Positions 33,968 to 43,079 of a stretch of DNA of 64,000 nucleotides are shown piece after piece. Position 1 is the stretch's first letter; each line of letters starts with the position of its first letter. A program made the position numbers and the translations under genes. Under the pieces are notes generated by a model. The model saw only the letters and a list, made by a program, of their open reading frames with translations. It was not told the DNA's origin and made no database searches. The DNA comes from Solirubrobacteraceae bacterium (GTDB taxonomy: Bacteria > Actinomycetota > Thermoleophilia > Solirubrobacterales > Solirubrobacteraceae), in the NCBI GenBank assembly GCA_025451035.1, contig JANWLE010000069.1, positions 13,483 through 77,482 of the forward strand, in the 5' to 3' direction.

Positions 33968-35320
33968 TTACCCAGCGACTGGCACCCGTCGCGCGGCGGG
34001 CGTGTCCGCTGGCGGGAGCGAGCGGTAGGGCGCACTCTGAAGCGCGACTCCGATTCCCAAGAGCGTCCAGGTCATCGGATCCTCTAGGAAGTCGGCGTAA
34101 ATGAACGTGTGGAGAACGAGCGCGGCGAAGCAGGCCGCGATCACAATCCGTGGCGGCGACCGCCCAGCGTCCGAGAACAGCACGAGAAATGCGGTCACCA
34201 ACAGCGTTAGATACAGCGCCAAGCCGGCGATTCCCTGCTCGGCGGCGATCGTCACTGGGATCGTGTGCGAGGCGGAGGTAGCCCCGGCGCCGGACACCCC
34301 GTTATGGCGCACGTATTCGCGCTCAAACGACCCCGACCCAAAGCCCTGCAGAGGCCGATCGGCGAACAGCTTCAGGCCGCCGGTGACCAGTTTTGCGCGG
34401 CCACTGGTCGCGTTGTTAGCCGAGCCTTTGCTGCCGCTCAATCCCAGGTGCAGGCTTGGTGGCGCCATCAGCACCGCCACCAGCACGATCGCCACTAGCC
34501 CAGCCGCCACATACGCGGTTGAGCGCATATCCCAGCGGCACGCGGCCAGCACCGCCAGCCCCAAAAGCAGGGCGGCGATGCTTGACTGCGAGAAGCTCGT
34601 GATCAACCCCCCCCACAGCCACGCCAGTACGGCTGCCCCGAGCAGCACCTCGCGCCGTCGGCGCGTCCACAGCACGGCGGTCGTCACACCCAACATCACG
34701 AGTGCGAGGAAGCGGCCGTAGATGGAGGGGTCGAAGAAGAGCGAGTTGACGCGGAAATAATTGTCGTACTGGTTGGCTGCCACAACCTTGGGGTTGAGCA
34801 AGAGCTGTTTGCGCCCGTACTCGACGAATCCCACTCCGGCGAACAGCACCGCTAGCGCTACGGCTGCGCCGAAGCAGGCGAACACCATCCCGCGTGTCCA
34901 GGGTGCCTCGCGCAGCAGCAGGTAGAGCAATAGGAAGGGGATGTAGAAGAACACGAGGTTCTCCACCCCCTTGACGCGATCGGATGAGTAGGCGATCTGA
35001 ACCGCATAAACCAGGACCGACGCGCTAAGCAGCCAGTCCAGCAGCATCGGCGGGCGGCCCGACAGGTATGCGCTTTGGCGTTTGAGCACACGCGGGAGTA
35101 GATGGGCGAGCGCTCCCGCCGCGACCACCGCGTAGAGGGGGATCAGGAGGTTGACGGTGCGGCCTTCAAGCGAAAGCGGCACCCGGAATGGCAGCGCTAT
35201 CACCGCAAGCAGCGGGAACGCCTGCGGACGCTCGCGCATCGCAAAGGTCAACGCCGCCACGGCCGCCAGCCAAACGGCGCCGGCGATCAGGATGGCGTGG
35301 ACGCTGTGCCCGGCGATCAT
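33968..35320 (-). CDS. O-antigen ligase/polymerase-like (Wzy_C) membrane protein
   Basis: 450 aa, polytopic. Wzy_C-like loop: SQSSIAALLLGLAVLA...HSHTIPVTIAAEQG-type region. ATGA overlap with the upstream gene. Confidence 0.75.
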   Translation of the reverse strand: MIAGHSVHAILIAGAVWLAAVAALTFAMRERPQAFPLLAVIALPFRVPLSLEGRTVNLLIPLYAVVAAGALAHLLPRVLKRQSAYLSGRPPMLLDWLLSASVLVYAVQIAYSSDRVKGVENLVFFYIPFLLLYLLLREAPWTRGMVFACFGAAVALAVLFAGVGFVEYGRKQLLLNPKVVAANQYDNYFRVNSLFFDPSIYGRFLALVMLGVTTAVLWTRRRREVLLGAAVLAWLWGGLITSFSQSSIAALLLGLAVLAACRWDMRSTAYVAAGLVAIVLVAVLMAPPSLHLGLSGSKGSANNATSGRAKLVTGGLKLFADRPLQGFGSGSFEREYVRHNGVSGAGATSASHTIPVTIAAEQGIAGLALYLTLLVTAFLVLFSDAGRSPPRIVIAACFAALVLHTFIYADFLEDPMTWTLLGIGVALQSAPYRSLPPADTPAARRVPVAG

Positions 35321-35691
35321 TGACCCACCAGCTCAAACGCGGCCGGTGAGAGCACTTCTCGTTTCTGGCCGAGCAACTCGATGCGGACCCTGTAGGTGCC
35401 GCCCGGAGCGTGGCGGCCGCGAGCCTCATGGCCGTTCCAGTAGAAATACGCCCGTTTGTAGGCGGCCAGCTCGCTGTCGCGGGCAAGTGTTCTGACGGTG
35501 TTGTCTTGTGAGTCGATCACCGTCACCCTCACCCGGTCTGTGTGGGCGATCTTGAAGGAGATGCGCTCAACCGCATTGTGGGTTCTCGAGCCGGGGGTGA
35601 AGGACGCCGACATTTCGATGTCCTGAACGATCGTCGGGGTGTGCTTGAGCCGCTGTGTCACAGCGAAGGACGCGAAGCTGCCGAGCACCAT
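35317..35691 (-). CDS. Small membrane-anchored protein with an Ig-like (FlgD-Ig-type) domain
   Basis: TM helix VFALMVLGSFASFAV followed by a beta-rich domain (RVRVTVIDSQDNTVRTL...GTYRVRIEL). The track ORF's N-terminal 140 aa overlap the ComA gene and are rejected. The start is uncertain (TTG/ATG/GTG at 35694-35688). Confidence 0.5.
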   Translation of the reverse strand: MVLGSFASFAVTQRLKHTPTIVQDIEMSASFTPGSRTHNAVERISFKIAHTDRVRVTVIDSQDNTVRTLARDSELAAYKRAYFYWNGHEARGRHAPGGTYRVRIELLGQKREVLSPAAFELVGQ

Positions 35692-35792
35692 CAATGCGAA
35701 TACGGCTCGGGCAAGTGGATGCTCGGCATCCGTTCGACGCCAGCGCGTGGACTCCGCGCGCGTGGCTGGGGCGGGCGCCTCGCCGGCCCCGC

Positions 35793-36560
35793 TCAACTGC
35801 GACCGTCCGGGGCGAACTGCTCGACCGTGTCGGAGCGCAGTCCGAGGCGCAGCGTCTCCAGCGAAAGCACGTCTTCCGCGGCGATGTTGCCGAGGTTGCA
35901 GTCCGCGCCGATGTGCTTTAGGAACCAGACCTGCTGCGGGTGCTGGGGGGCGTCGAAGATGATCTGCTCGGCATTGACCGCATGGACGATCTCGTCCACG
36001 AGCCCCATTCGTATCTCGCCATCGGGCCGGGCTATGCCAGCTGTGCCCGACTCCCGTCCCTCGGCGATCACCTTCCAAGCGCCAGCCTCGAGCTCCGCTT
36101 CGATCTGCTCCACCCACACGTATGGCGCCATGATGACCTCGGCGTCCTTACTGCCGACCTCTGAGAGCACAGTGAATTCCCGCGAGAGCTCGGCGATCAG
36201 TTCGCGCTTGACCCGCGGATCGATCGTGATCGTGCCGTCGGAGATCTCCACGTGACGCAAGCCCAGCTCATGCAGCCACCCCACCATCTCCTTCACGCGC
36301 CCTTGGCGGATGGCGAGCTCGGTCAGCGTGCCGCCAAGCACCACCGGAATGCCATGGGCGGCATAGCGCGCGACCTTGTCCTGGAGGTTGGCCGTCACAA
36401 GCGCGGTGCCCCAGCCGAGCTTTACGATGTCGACGCTGTCGCCGACCGTCTCGATCAGCCCGTCAACGGCGGCGATCGACAGCCCGCGATCGATCACATG
36501 TGTGATTCCTCGCTCGCGTGGCTTCTGCGCGCGCACGGGTATGTCCAAAAAGCCCTCCAT
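35793..36560 (-). CDS. Phosphosulfolactate synthase (ComA) family protein
   Basis: KPRERGITHVIDRGL...DIVKLGWGTA...VEISDGTI...VLSEVGKD-type pattern of the ComA family. Confidence 0.8.
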   Translation of the reverse strand: MEGFLDIPVRAQKPRERGITHVIDRGLSIAAVDGLIETVGDSVDIVKLGWGTALVTANLQDKVARYAAHGIPVVLGGTLTELAIRQGRVKEMVGWLHELGLRHVEISDGTITIDPRVKRELIAELSREFTVLSEVGSKDAEVIMAPYVWVEQIEAELEAGAWKVIAEGRESGTAGIARPDGEIRMGLVDEIVHAVNAEQIIFDAPQHPQQVWFLKHIGADCNLGNIAAEDVLSLETLRLGLRSDTVEQFAPDGRS

Positions 36561-36574
36561 GCAGGCCCTGCCCG

Positions 36575-38074
36575 CTACCCGCCAGTTGGCGAGGCAGTGC
36601 TTTCGCCGCTTTCCCCGGCGCCGGTGGTCGCCGCAGAACTCGACGCGGTCGACTGATCGCTGCCGGCGACTACCAGTACAGACGCTCCTGAGCTCAAGGA
36701 AGCCGTCGATGGTTCGAGTGGCTGCACCTGGCCCGTGCTCACGTTGAGTGCCTTCGCCACGCTGTCCGCGGCGGCTCGGTGGTTGCTCGCGTACTCGATG
36801 ACCGTCTGCGAATAGGCGCTTGGGGGCTGGCTGTCGAGCGGGTTGGCGTGCGTAAAGCCCTTTTCTTGCAGCCGGGCAGCGAGACGGTGGGCCAGGCCAC
36901 TGATTTCGGTGCCGTTCAGCACTACTACGGAGACACCGGCAGGGCTCGGACTCGCCTGCGTGGAGGGAGCTCTGTGGGCTGCGCTGGAGCTCCCACTGAT
37001 GGATGGCGGGGAAGTCCGTTGCGTCGAGGAGCCTTTGCTGCCGCCGAGCGAAGCCAGTACCAGCGCCAGCGCCACTACAACGACGATCACTGCCGCGAAG
37101 ACCCCGATCCTGCGGGGTCTCCTTGCGCGTGCCGGCTCGTCGCGGAGATGCTTGTATGCGCCGCGTTGGGCGGAGCCCACTGCCGGTGGACGGCGTCCGG
37201 CGAACTGCTCGGCGGGTCGGCTCGCGGCCGTCCCGCGTGGCGGGTCGATTGCGGGAGCCGCAGTGCGCCGCGCTGGCATGGGCTGACCGCTGGGAACAGT
37301 CGCCGCCGGCTGTTTGCCGGGCTCGCCGCCGGGCGATGCAGGCCTGCTCGGAGCTGGCGGCAAAGGCGGTCTCGCGCTCCTCGCGGCTGCGGCGGCGGTT
37401 AGCGGTGCCGGCTGCGGGCTCTGTGAGACTGGCTCAACTGTCGGCGCGGGAGCGGCCTCTTTTGTCTCCGCCTGCGCCTGCTCATCCTGCGTGTCTGCAT
37501 CCTGCTCGGGCGGAGGTGCTGGGGCTGCTGCGGGCGCTTCACCGGCTGGTTGGCTGGTAGGGCTTGGATTGGGCGGGTTCGTATCGGCTTGTGCGCCAGC
37601 AGCAGCGGTCGTCTCTGCAGTCGTCTCACGTTCGTTTGCGGTCGGACTAGCCTGCGGGCTGGAGGCCTGCTCGAGCGGGGGCGCGGTGCCCGGTGGTGCC
37701 TGGGCCACTGGCGCGTGAGCCTGCGCAGTGGGGACTGTAGCCTCGGCGGCGAGAATCGAGGCTGCTGGCGCAACGCGGCTGGCCTGCTCGCTGGTGCTCG
37801 TCGCACGCACGTTTACAGGGGTCGCCCTGGGCGCCGGTCGAGTGCCGCCAAGCGGCTGAGCTCGCACAGCGGGCGCAGAGCTCAAGCGTTGCTCGAGTTC
37901 TGCGGAGCGCTCCGGTGCGCGACCAGCCCACTCCCGCAAGCGCTTGATCTCCCTCGCCTGGGAGAAGACGAGCAGCGCGAGGATTGCGATCCCTAGCAGG
38001 GCAGCGAGGCCCGCGACGGCGCCGACCTGCGTGAAGGAGCTGGTGAGCGAGAAAGCGAGCGGAGAGACGGTCAT
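36575..38074 (-). CDS. Membrane protein with a Pro/Ala-rich linker and a LytR_C domain
   Basis: N-terminal TM helix, a ~300-aa low-complexity region, then VSVVVLNGTEISGLAHRLAARLQEKGF...VIEYAS (LytR C-terminal domain pattern). Confidence 0.7.
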   Translation of the reverse strand: MTVSPLAFSLTSSFTQVGAVAGLAALLGIAILALLVFSQAREIKRLREWAGRAPERSAELEQRLSSAPAVRAQPLGGTRPAPRATPVNVRATSTSEQASRVAPAASILAAEATVPTAQAHAPVAQAPPGTAPPLEQASSPQASPTANERETTAETTAAAGAQADTNPPNPSPTSQPAGEAPAAAPAPPPEQDADTQDEQAQAETKEAAPAPTVEPVSQSPQPAPLTAAAAARSARPPLPPAPSRPASPGGEPGKQPAATVPSGQPMPARRTAAPAIDPPRGTAASRPAEQFAGRRPPAVGSAQRGAYKHLRDEPARARRPRRIGVFAAVIVVVVALALVLASLGGSKGSSTQRTSPPSISGSSSAAHRAPSTQASPSPAGVSVVVLNGTEISGLAHRLAARLQEKGFTHANPLDSQPPSAYSQTVIEYASNHRAAADSVAKALNVSTGQVQPLEPSTASLSSGASVLVVAGSDQSTASSSAATTGAGESGESTASPTGG

Positions 38075-40071
38075 GAGTCCACCGAGTGTAGGAGGCGCTC
38101 AGGCGACCTTGCAGCACGGGTCGCGGAGAGCTGCGAAACCTTGGCCGCCAATGCGGCCGCATCGCCCTCCAGTACGAGCAGATTGATTTCGGCGAACATG
38201 TCCTCGACCACCTCGGGCGCGAGCGGCTCTCGCTCGGCGAGGATTATCTTCTCGATCGGCGTAGGCTGCGGGCGCTCGTGGGTGTTGAAGAGTTCCTCTC
38301 CTAGCTTCTCGCCTGGCCGTCGTCCGACGATCTCGATGTGAATGTCCTCCCCGGGCTTCAGTCCAGAGAGCTCGATCATCGTCTTCGCAAGGTCAAGGAT
38401 CCTCACTGGTTCGCCCATCTCCAGTACGAACACGTCCGCTCCCTTTCCGCTTGCGGGCAGCGAGCCGGAATGGATGATCAACTGCACCGCCTCGGGGATC
38501 GTCATGAAATAACGCGCCATACGCTCGTCGGTGACCGTGACCGGCCCACCCTGTGCGATCTGATGACGGAATATCGGCACCACGCTGCCAGAGGAGCCGA
38601 GCACATTGCCGAAGCGAACCGCCGCATAGCGTGTTTTGGGGAAGCGCGCGCTCGCGGCCTCTAGCGCGTACTCAGCCAGTGCCTTGGACGCGCCCATGAC
38701 CGTGGCTGGTGCAACGGCCTTGTCGGTCGATACCAGCAAGAAATGCACTGCTTGCGCCTCGCCAGCGATGTGAGCGACCACGCGTGTGGCGATCGCGTTG
38801 TTGCGCACGGCCTCCACCGGATTCGACTCCATCAAGCCGACGTGCTTGTAGGCGGCTGCGTGAAAGACGATCGTCGGATGGTGCTGGGCGAAGATCTCCC
38901 TGATCCGCTCCTCCTCCTTGCAGTCCGCGAGCACTGTCGCCAGCATCGAGGACTGTACGTGCCGGTCGTATTCCAGCTCGCGCTGGATTGCGAAGAGATT
39001 GTCCTCGGCGTGGTCGAGCAGCACGATTCGCCGCGGGCCCACGCGTGCTATCTGGCGGCACAGCTCAGCGCCGATCGATCCGCCTGCGCCTGTCACCAGC
39101 ACAGTCTCGCCAGCTAGGTACGCGCCGACACGGTCGAGCTCCATGTGAACCGGCTCACGCCCAAGGATGTCCTCGACGCGGACCTCGCGCACCTGGCGAG
39201 TGAGCGTGCCGCGACTTTGCAGTAGCTCAAACACCGTCGGCAACGTGCGGACTGGTATCCCGCGCGTGCGGCACTCACGAACCACCCTCGCTCGGGTTGA
39301 GCCCGGAGCCGATGGGATCGCGATGATCACTTCATCTGGCTCTGACGCATCGAGTATGCGAGGCAAATCTCCCTGAGTATCGCCTCGGACGCGTACGCCG
39401 TCGATCCTCAGCCCCCGCTTGCGGGGATCGTCGTCGAGGAAGCCAACGGGGTTCAGGCCCAGCTCGCGGTTGCGAGTGATCTCGCGTAGAACCAAGCGAC
39501 CGCCGTCGCCCGCGCCTACGATCAGGACACTGCGTGCCTCCTTGGCGCTCGCGCGGAAAGCCTCTAGCGGGCGGCGCTCGTGTAGAGCTCGAGCGATCAT
39601 CCGCGCGCCACATAGAAACACTAGGCTGAGGAGGCCAAACAGGACAATCACGCCATTCGGCAATCCCACCGCGATCGCACCGCGATGAGGATGTTGCAGC
39701 GGTGCTGTGAGGAGGGGGTACGCATGCACCGGTCGAAGCACCTCGATGCCTACGGCCGTGAGCACGGCGATCGCGATCACTCCTCGTAGCACGGCCTCGT
39801 AGTCGCGTTGGCTGGCATAGCGCCAGCGGCGCTCATAGACCCGCGAGAAGAGGAGCACAAGCATGCCGCCCGGCAGGACCCACCAGATCGTTCGGTCGAG
39901 TAGTTGGGCATAGTGGCCGGTTGGGCCGTTGTCGAAGCGCAGCCTGAAGGCGAGGTAGTATGCGAGCGCGACCAGGATCCCGTCGGTGGCAACCTGCGGC
40001 ATAGCGTGCCGATGAAGCGGGAAGGCCGCCGAGCGAATACGTCGGCGCATTGCCGGAATTGTAAGCGTCAT
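38071..40071 (-). CDS. Membrane-bound nucleotide-sugar 4,6-dehydratase/epimerase (CapD/PglF/WbpM-like)
   Basis: N-terminal TM segments. Two Rossmann regions: VLIVGAGDGG and VLVTGAGGSIGAELCRQI. The start is uncertain (40092, 40071, 40050 or 40002). Confidence 0.88.
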   Translation of the reverse strand: MTLTIPAMRRRIRSAAFPLHRHAMPQVATDGILVALAYYLAFRLRFDNGPTGHYAQLLDRTIWWVLPGGMLVLLFSRVYERRWRYASQRDYEAVLRGVIAIAVLTAVGIEVLRPVHAYPLLTAPLQHPHRGAIAVGLPNGVIVLFGLLSLVFLCGARMIARALHERRPLEAFRASAKEARSVLIVGAGDGGRLVLREITRNRELGLNPVGFLDDDPRKRGLRIDGVRVRGDTQGDLPRILDASEPDEVIIAIPSAPGSTRARVVRECRTRGIPVRTLPTVFELLQSRGTLTRQVREVRVEDILGREPVHMELDRVGAYLAGETVLVTGAGGSIGAELCRQIARVGPRRIVLLDHAEDNLFAIQRELEYDRHVQSSMLATVLADCKEEERIREIFAQHHPTIVFHAAAYKHVGLMESNPVEAVRNNAIATRVVAHIAGEAQAVHFLLVSTDKAVAPATVMGASKALAEYALEAASARFPKTRYAAVRFGNVLGSSGSVVPIFRHQIAQGGPVTVTDERMARYFMTIPEAVQLIIHSGSLPASGKGADVFVLEMGEPVRILDLAKTMIELSGLKPGEDIHIEIVGRRPGEKLGEELFNTHERPQPTPIEKIILAEREPLAPEVVEDMFAEINLLVLEGDAAALAAKVSQLSATRAARSPERLLHSVDS

Positions 40072-40109
40072 GTGCGCCCAGGGCGCACTCACAACACAAG
40101 TTGCGCCGC

Positions 40110-41153
40110 TCAGCTCTCGGCTGCGGCTAGCAGTAGGTTCATCATCAGCCGCGGATCACGGCGCATGCGCGCCGCGCTCGATGAACGTTCACGTTTGTGG
40201 GCGAGCACCTCGCCCAGGTCGTCCGGGCTCTCGAGCCGCCGCAAGCGGCGCTCCTTGATGAGTTGTTCGTCGAGCGCTCCGAGGCGTCCCTCGAAGGTGG
40301 TGAAAACCGGTGTACCGAGCGCCACGGCCTCACGGTTCATCGTGCCCCCGGCGGAGATGACCACGTCTGCGTGATAGATCAGTGATTGGGCATCGATCGC
40401 CCGCTCAGGGACGATGAACTCACTGACACGCTTAAGCTGCTCGCGTTGCTCGGTGGTGCGCGGCAGCAGCACCGGCTGCAGGCCGTGCTCAGAGGCCGCG
40501 AGCCTGACACGGTCAAGTACGGCGGGGAAAAGGTCGTTTTGAAAGCGGTGGTACAGAGACACCTGAGGCGGGGTGCGAACGACCGCGATCGGTCGCTGCT
40601 GGTCCAGCGAGAGCTCCACCAGCACGTCCGTGGTCGGCTCGAAGGCGCTCATGTAGTACTCCTCCTTCAGGCCTGCGTACGTACGCACCTTCCCGCGCGC
40701 GCCGTAGCGATCCAGGCGCTCGGGCGGAATCGCATCGGGCACCACCACGATCTTCGCCAAGCGGCAGTTGATGTGATGCTGGACGGCGGCGAACTCGTAG
40801 TCGAACATGGTCGCGGACGGGATGCCGAGCATGCGAGCGGCTACCGAGATGTCGTTCGAGCCATGGCCCAACGCGAGGTCGAAGCGGTGAGAGGCGGCAC
40901 GGTGGCTCGCTCGCGCCCAGCGCACGAGCGCCAGCGAGCGCTCTAGCAGGCCCTCGGCCTTCGCCGTTAGACGCTCGCCGCGGTGACGACCGATAGCTGT
41001 GTGGGGAATCGAGAAGCGCTCGAGCAGATCCAAGGTTTGTGCAAAGTCGCGGGCGGTGACATCCACGCTGTGGCCGTCCTCACGTAGGCACCTGATCACA
41101 GGGGCCATCACGAGCACGTGGGGGCTGTTGGTGAGGTCGATCCAGACGCGCAT
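40110..41153 (-). CDS. DUF354 domain protein (GT-B-like)
   Basis: MRVWIDLTNSPHVLVMAPVIR... The N-terminal 88 aa of the track ORF overlap the divergent dedA leader and are rejected. Confidence 0.8.
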   Translation of the reverse strand: MRVWIDLTNSPHVLVMAPVIRCLREDGHSVDVTARDFAQTLDLLERFSIPHTAIGRHRGERLTAKAEGLLERSLALVRWARASHRAASHRFDLALGHGSNDISVAARMLGIPSATMFDYEFAAVQHHINCRLAKIVVVPDAIPPERLDRYGARGKVRTYAGLKEEYYMSAFEPTTDVLVELSLDQQRPIAVVRTPPQVSLYHRFQNDLFPAVLDRVRLAASEHGLQPVLLPRTTEQREQLKRVSEFIVPERAIDAQSLIYHADVVISAGGTMNREAVALGTPVFTTFEGRLGALDEQLIKERRLRRLESPDDLGEVLAHKRERSSSAARMRRDPRLMMNLLLAAAES

Positions 41154-41247
41154 CGCCAGCACGGTAGCGCGCGGCGGCCAGGCGCAGGGCGGTGAGAAAA
41201 CGTTCATGCCGCCAAGACCGGACAGGGTGCAGGTATCGTTTGCTGGG

Positions 41248-41946
41248 ATGCTGATCGTCGCCTCGATCACCGGATCGCTAGTTGACGCAACCGCGCACTT
41301 CGTGCGCGACGCCGGCCTGCCCGGCATATTCGTGCTGATGGCGATCAGCTCGGCGTGCATCCCGATACCGTCCGAGGTGGTGATGCTGTTCGCTGGTTTC
41401 GCGGTCGCGGACCACACCTCGAGCGGCGCTCATCACCACCTGACGATGACGGGGATCGTCCTAGCTGGCCTGCTCGGGACCCTGGCCGGCTCGTGGGTGG
41501 CCTATGCGGTTGGTCGTGGCGGGAGGTTGGAGTTGCTGGAACGGCATGGCGCGAAGTTCCACATGGGCCCGGCGCAGATCGAACGCGCCGACCAATGGTT
41601 TCAACGCTACGGGCAGAGCGTGGTGCTGTTCGGGCGGATAATCCCGCTCGTACGCGCGTTCGTGTCGCTCCCCGCGGGAGTGGCACGGATGCCGTTCGTG
41701 CGCTTCAACGCGCTCACCCTGATCGGCTCGCTCCCGTGGGTTCTGGCGTTGGCGTTCGCCGGCCAGGCGGTCGGTAGGGACTGGACCAGCGTGCGTAAGG
41801 GCTTCGAGTACGTCGACTATGGGCTGGTTGTCCTGATCGCGCTAGGGCTTGTGTATTTCTTGGTGCGAAGGCGCAGGCAGCTAGCGCTGGCGGTACAGGC
41901 GGCAGAGGCGACCCCCGGCGCTGGCACCGCATCCGACGCTAGCTGA
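41248..41946 (+). CDS. DedA family membrane protein
   Basis: GIFVLMAISSACIPIPSEVVMLFAGF and SLPAGVARMPF. ATG 41248 is preferred. Confidence 0.85.
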   Translation: MLIVASITGSLVDATAHFVRDAGLPGIFVLMAISSACIPIPSEVVMLFAGFAVADHTSSGAHHHLTMTGIVLAGLLGTLAGSWVAYAVGRGGRLELLERHGAKFHMGPAQIERADQWFQRYGQSVVLFGRIIPLVRAFVSLPAGVARMPFVRFNALTLIGSLPWVLALAFAGQAVGRDWTSVRKGFEYVDYGLVVLIALGLVYFLVRRRRQLALAVQAAEATPGAGTASDAS

Positions 41947-41965
41947 GGCTCTCCCGAGCTTTTCC

Positions 41966-42847
41966 ATGAGAGTCAGCGTACGGCCCGCCGCCTACCGAGC
42001 GCGCGTGACCCGCCCCCGGCGAACGCAACCGACCAGCAGCAACCTGTCGTTGGGGCAGGCGGTTGCGCTGGGCTTGGTTCATGGTCCATCCGAGCTGTTG
42101 CCGATCTCATCCTCGGCTCACACCGTGTTGCTTGCGTGGCTAGCCGGGTGGGATTACGACCAGCTAGACCCACAGGCGCGTAAGTCCTTTGAGGTTGCCT
42201 TGCACGCCGGCGCCTTGGCGGCATTGACCATCAGCTCAAGGCGCGAGGTCTCGCAGATGCTGCGCGGGCTCACGTTCAGGCGCGTGGCGGTACTCGCCCA
42301 GGCCTCGGCGCCAGCGGCGCTGGTCGGCTATTTCTGCGAGCAGCCGATCGAGCGACGGTTGAGCGCGCCACTGCCGATCTCGATCGCGCTGCTCGTGAGC
42401 TCGGGTGCAATGGCTGGCGCGGACATGTGCGGTCCCACTCACCGGGCTGCACGCTCGGCTGGCGCGGTGGACGGGCTCCTCTTGGGTGTAGCCCAGGCCG
42501 CCGCCCTCATCCCGGGAGTGTCGCGAGCGGGCGTCACGCTCACAGTCGCTCGTGCGCGGGGATTTTCACGCGGGGAGGCGGAACGGCTCTCGTGGGAGGC
42601 TGGGCTGCCTGTGATCCTGGGCGCGAGCGCGCTGCGCGCGAAGCGCGTCCTCGACGGGCGGACACAGATAGATGTCCGCGGGCAGCTTGTCCCTGCAGCC
42701 ACGGCTGCCTTCCTCTCGACCGGCTTGAGTTGCAGGCTCCTGCGCCCCGGTAAAGCGCGTCCCCTGGCCCCGTTTGCGCTTTACCGACTGGGCCTGGGGC
42801 TGCTTGTGCTATTCACAATCAGGGCACGTAAAGCGTCCGGCCGGTGA
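41966..42847 (+). CDS. uppP: Undecaprenyl-diphosphate phosphatase
   Basis: GLVHGPSELLPISSSAHTVL and PGVSRAGVTLTVA motifs. The start may be ~80 nt downstream. Confidence 0.85.
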   Translation: MRVSVRPAAYRARVTRPRRTQPTSSNLSLGQAVALGLVHGPSELLPISSSAHTVLLAWLAGWDYDQLDPQARKSFEVALHAGALAALTISSRREVSQMLRGLTFRRVAVLAQASAPAALVGYFCEQPIERRLSAPLPISIALLVSSGAMAGADMCGPTHRAARSAGAVDGLLLGVAQAAALIPGVSRAGVTLTVARARGFSRGEAERLSWEAGLPVILGASALRAKRVLDGRTQIDVRGQLVPAATAAFLSTGLSCRLLRPGKARPLAPFALYRLGLGLLVLFTIRARKASGR

Positions 42848-43079
42848 GCAGCCCGCACGGCTTCGGCTAAGAGAACCCGTGGCTTGCTGGCTGAAACGTC
42901 GCGAGCGAGCAGCCGGCGCCAGGGGTGGCTTGCGGGAAGGTTCGGCGTTCGCCGCGGAAGGCAACTAAGCTCGACTGGTGAATATTTGACAGTGACTGCT
43001 ATTGCGCACAATGCAAGCGGATGACTCACCGGTCTCGATATGCCATGCGGATAGCCGTCCAGAGGGCTAGGCGTCAGCA

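Noticed and set aside
40110-41417. 435-aa version of the DUF354 ORF, and the 315-aa version of the DedA ORF (40999..41946), which overlap head to head
   Set aside because: The overlapping N-terminal extensions are low-complexity. Recognisable family sequence begins at MRVWIDL (ATG 41153) and MLIVAS (ATG 41248). That leaves a normal ~94-bp divergent promoter region.
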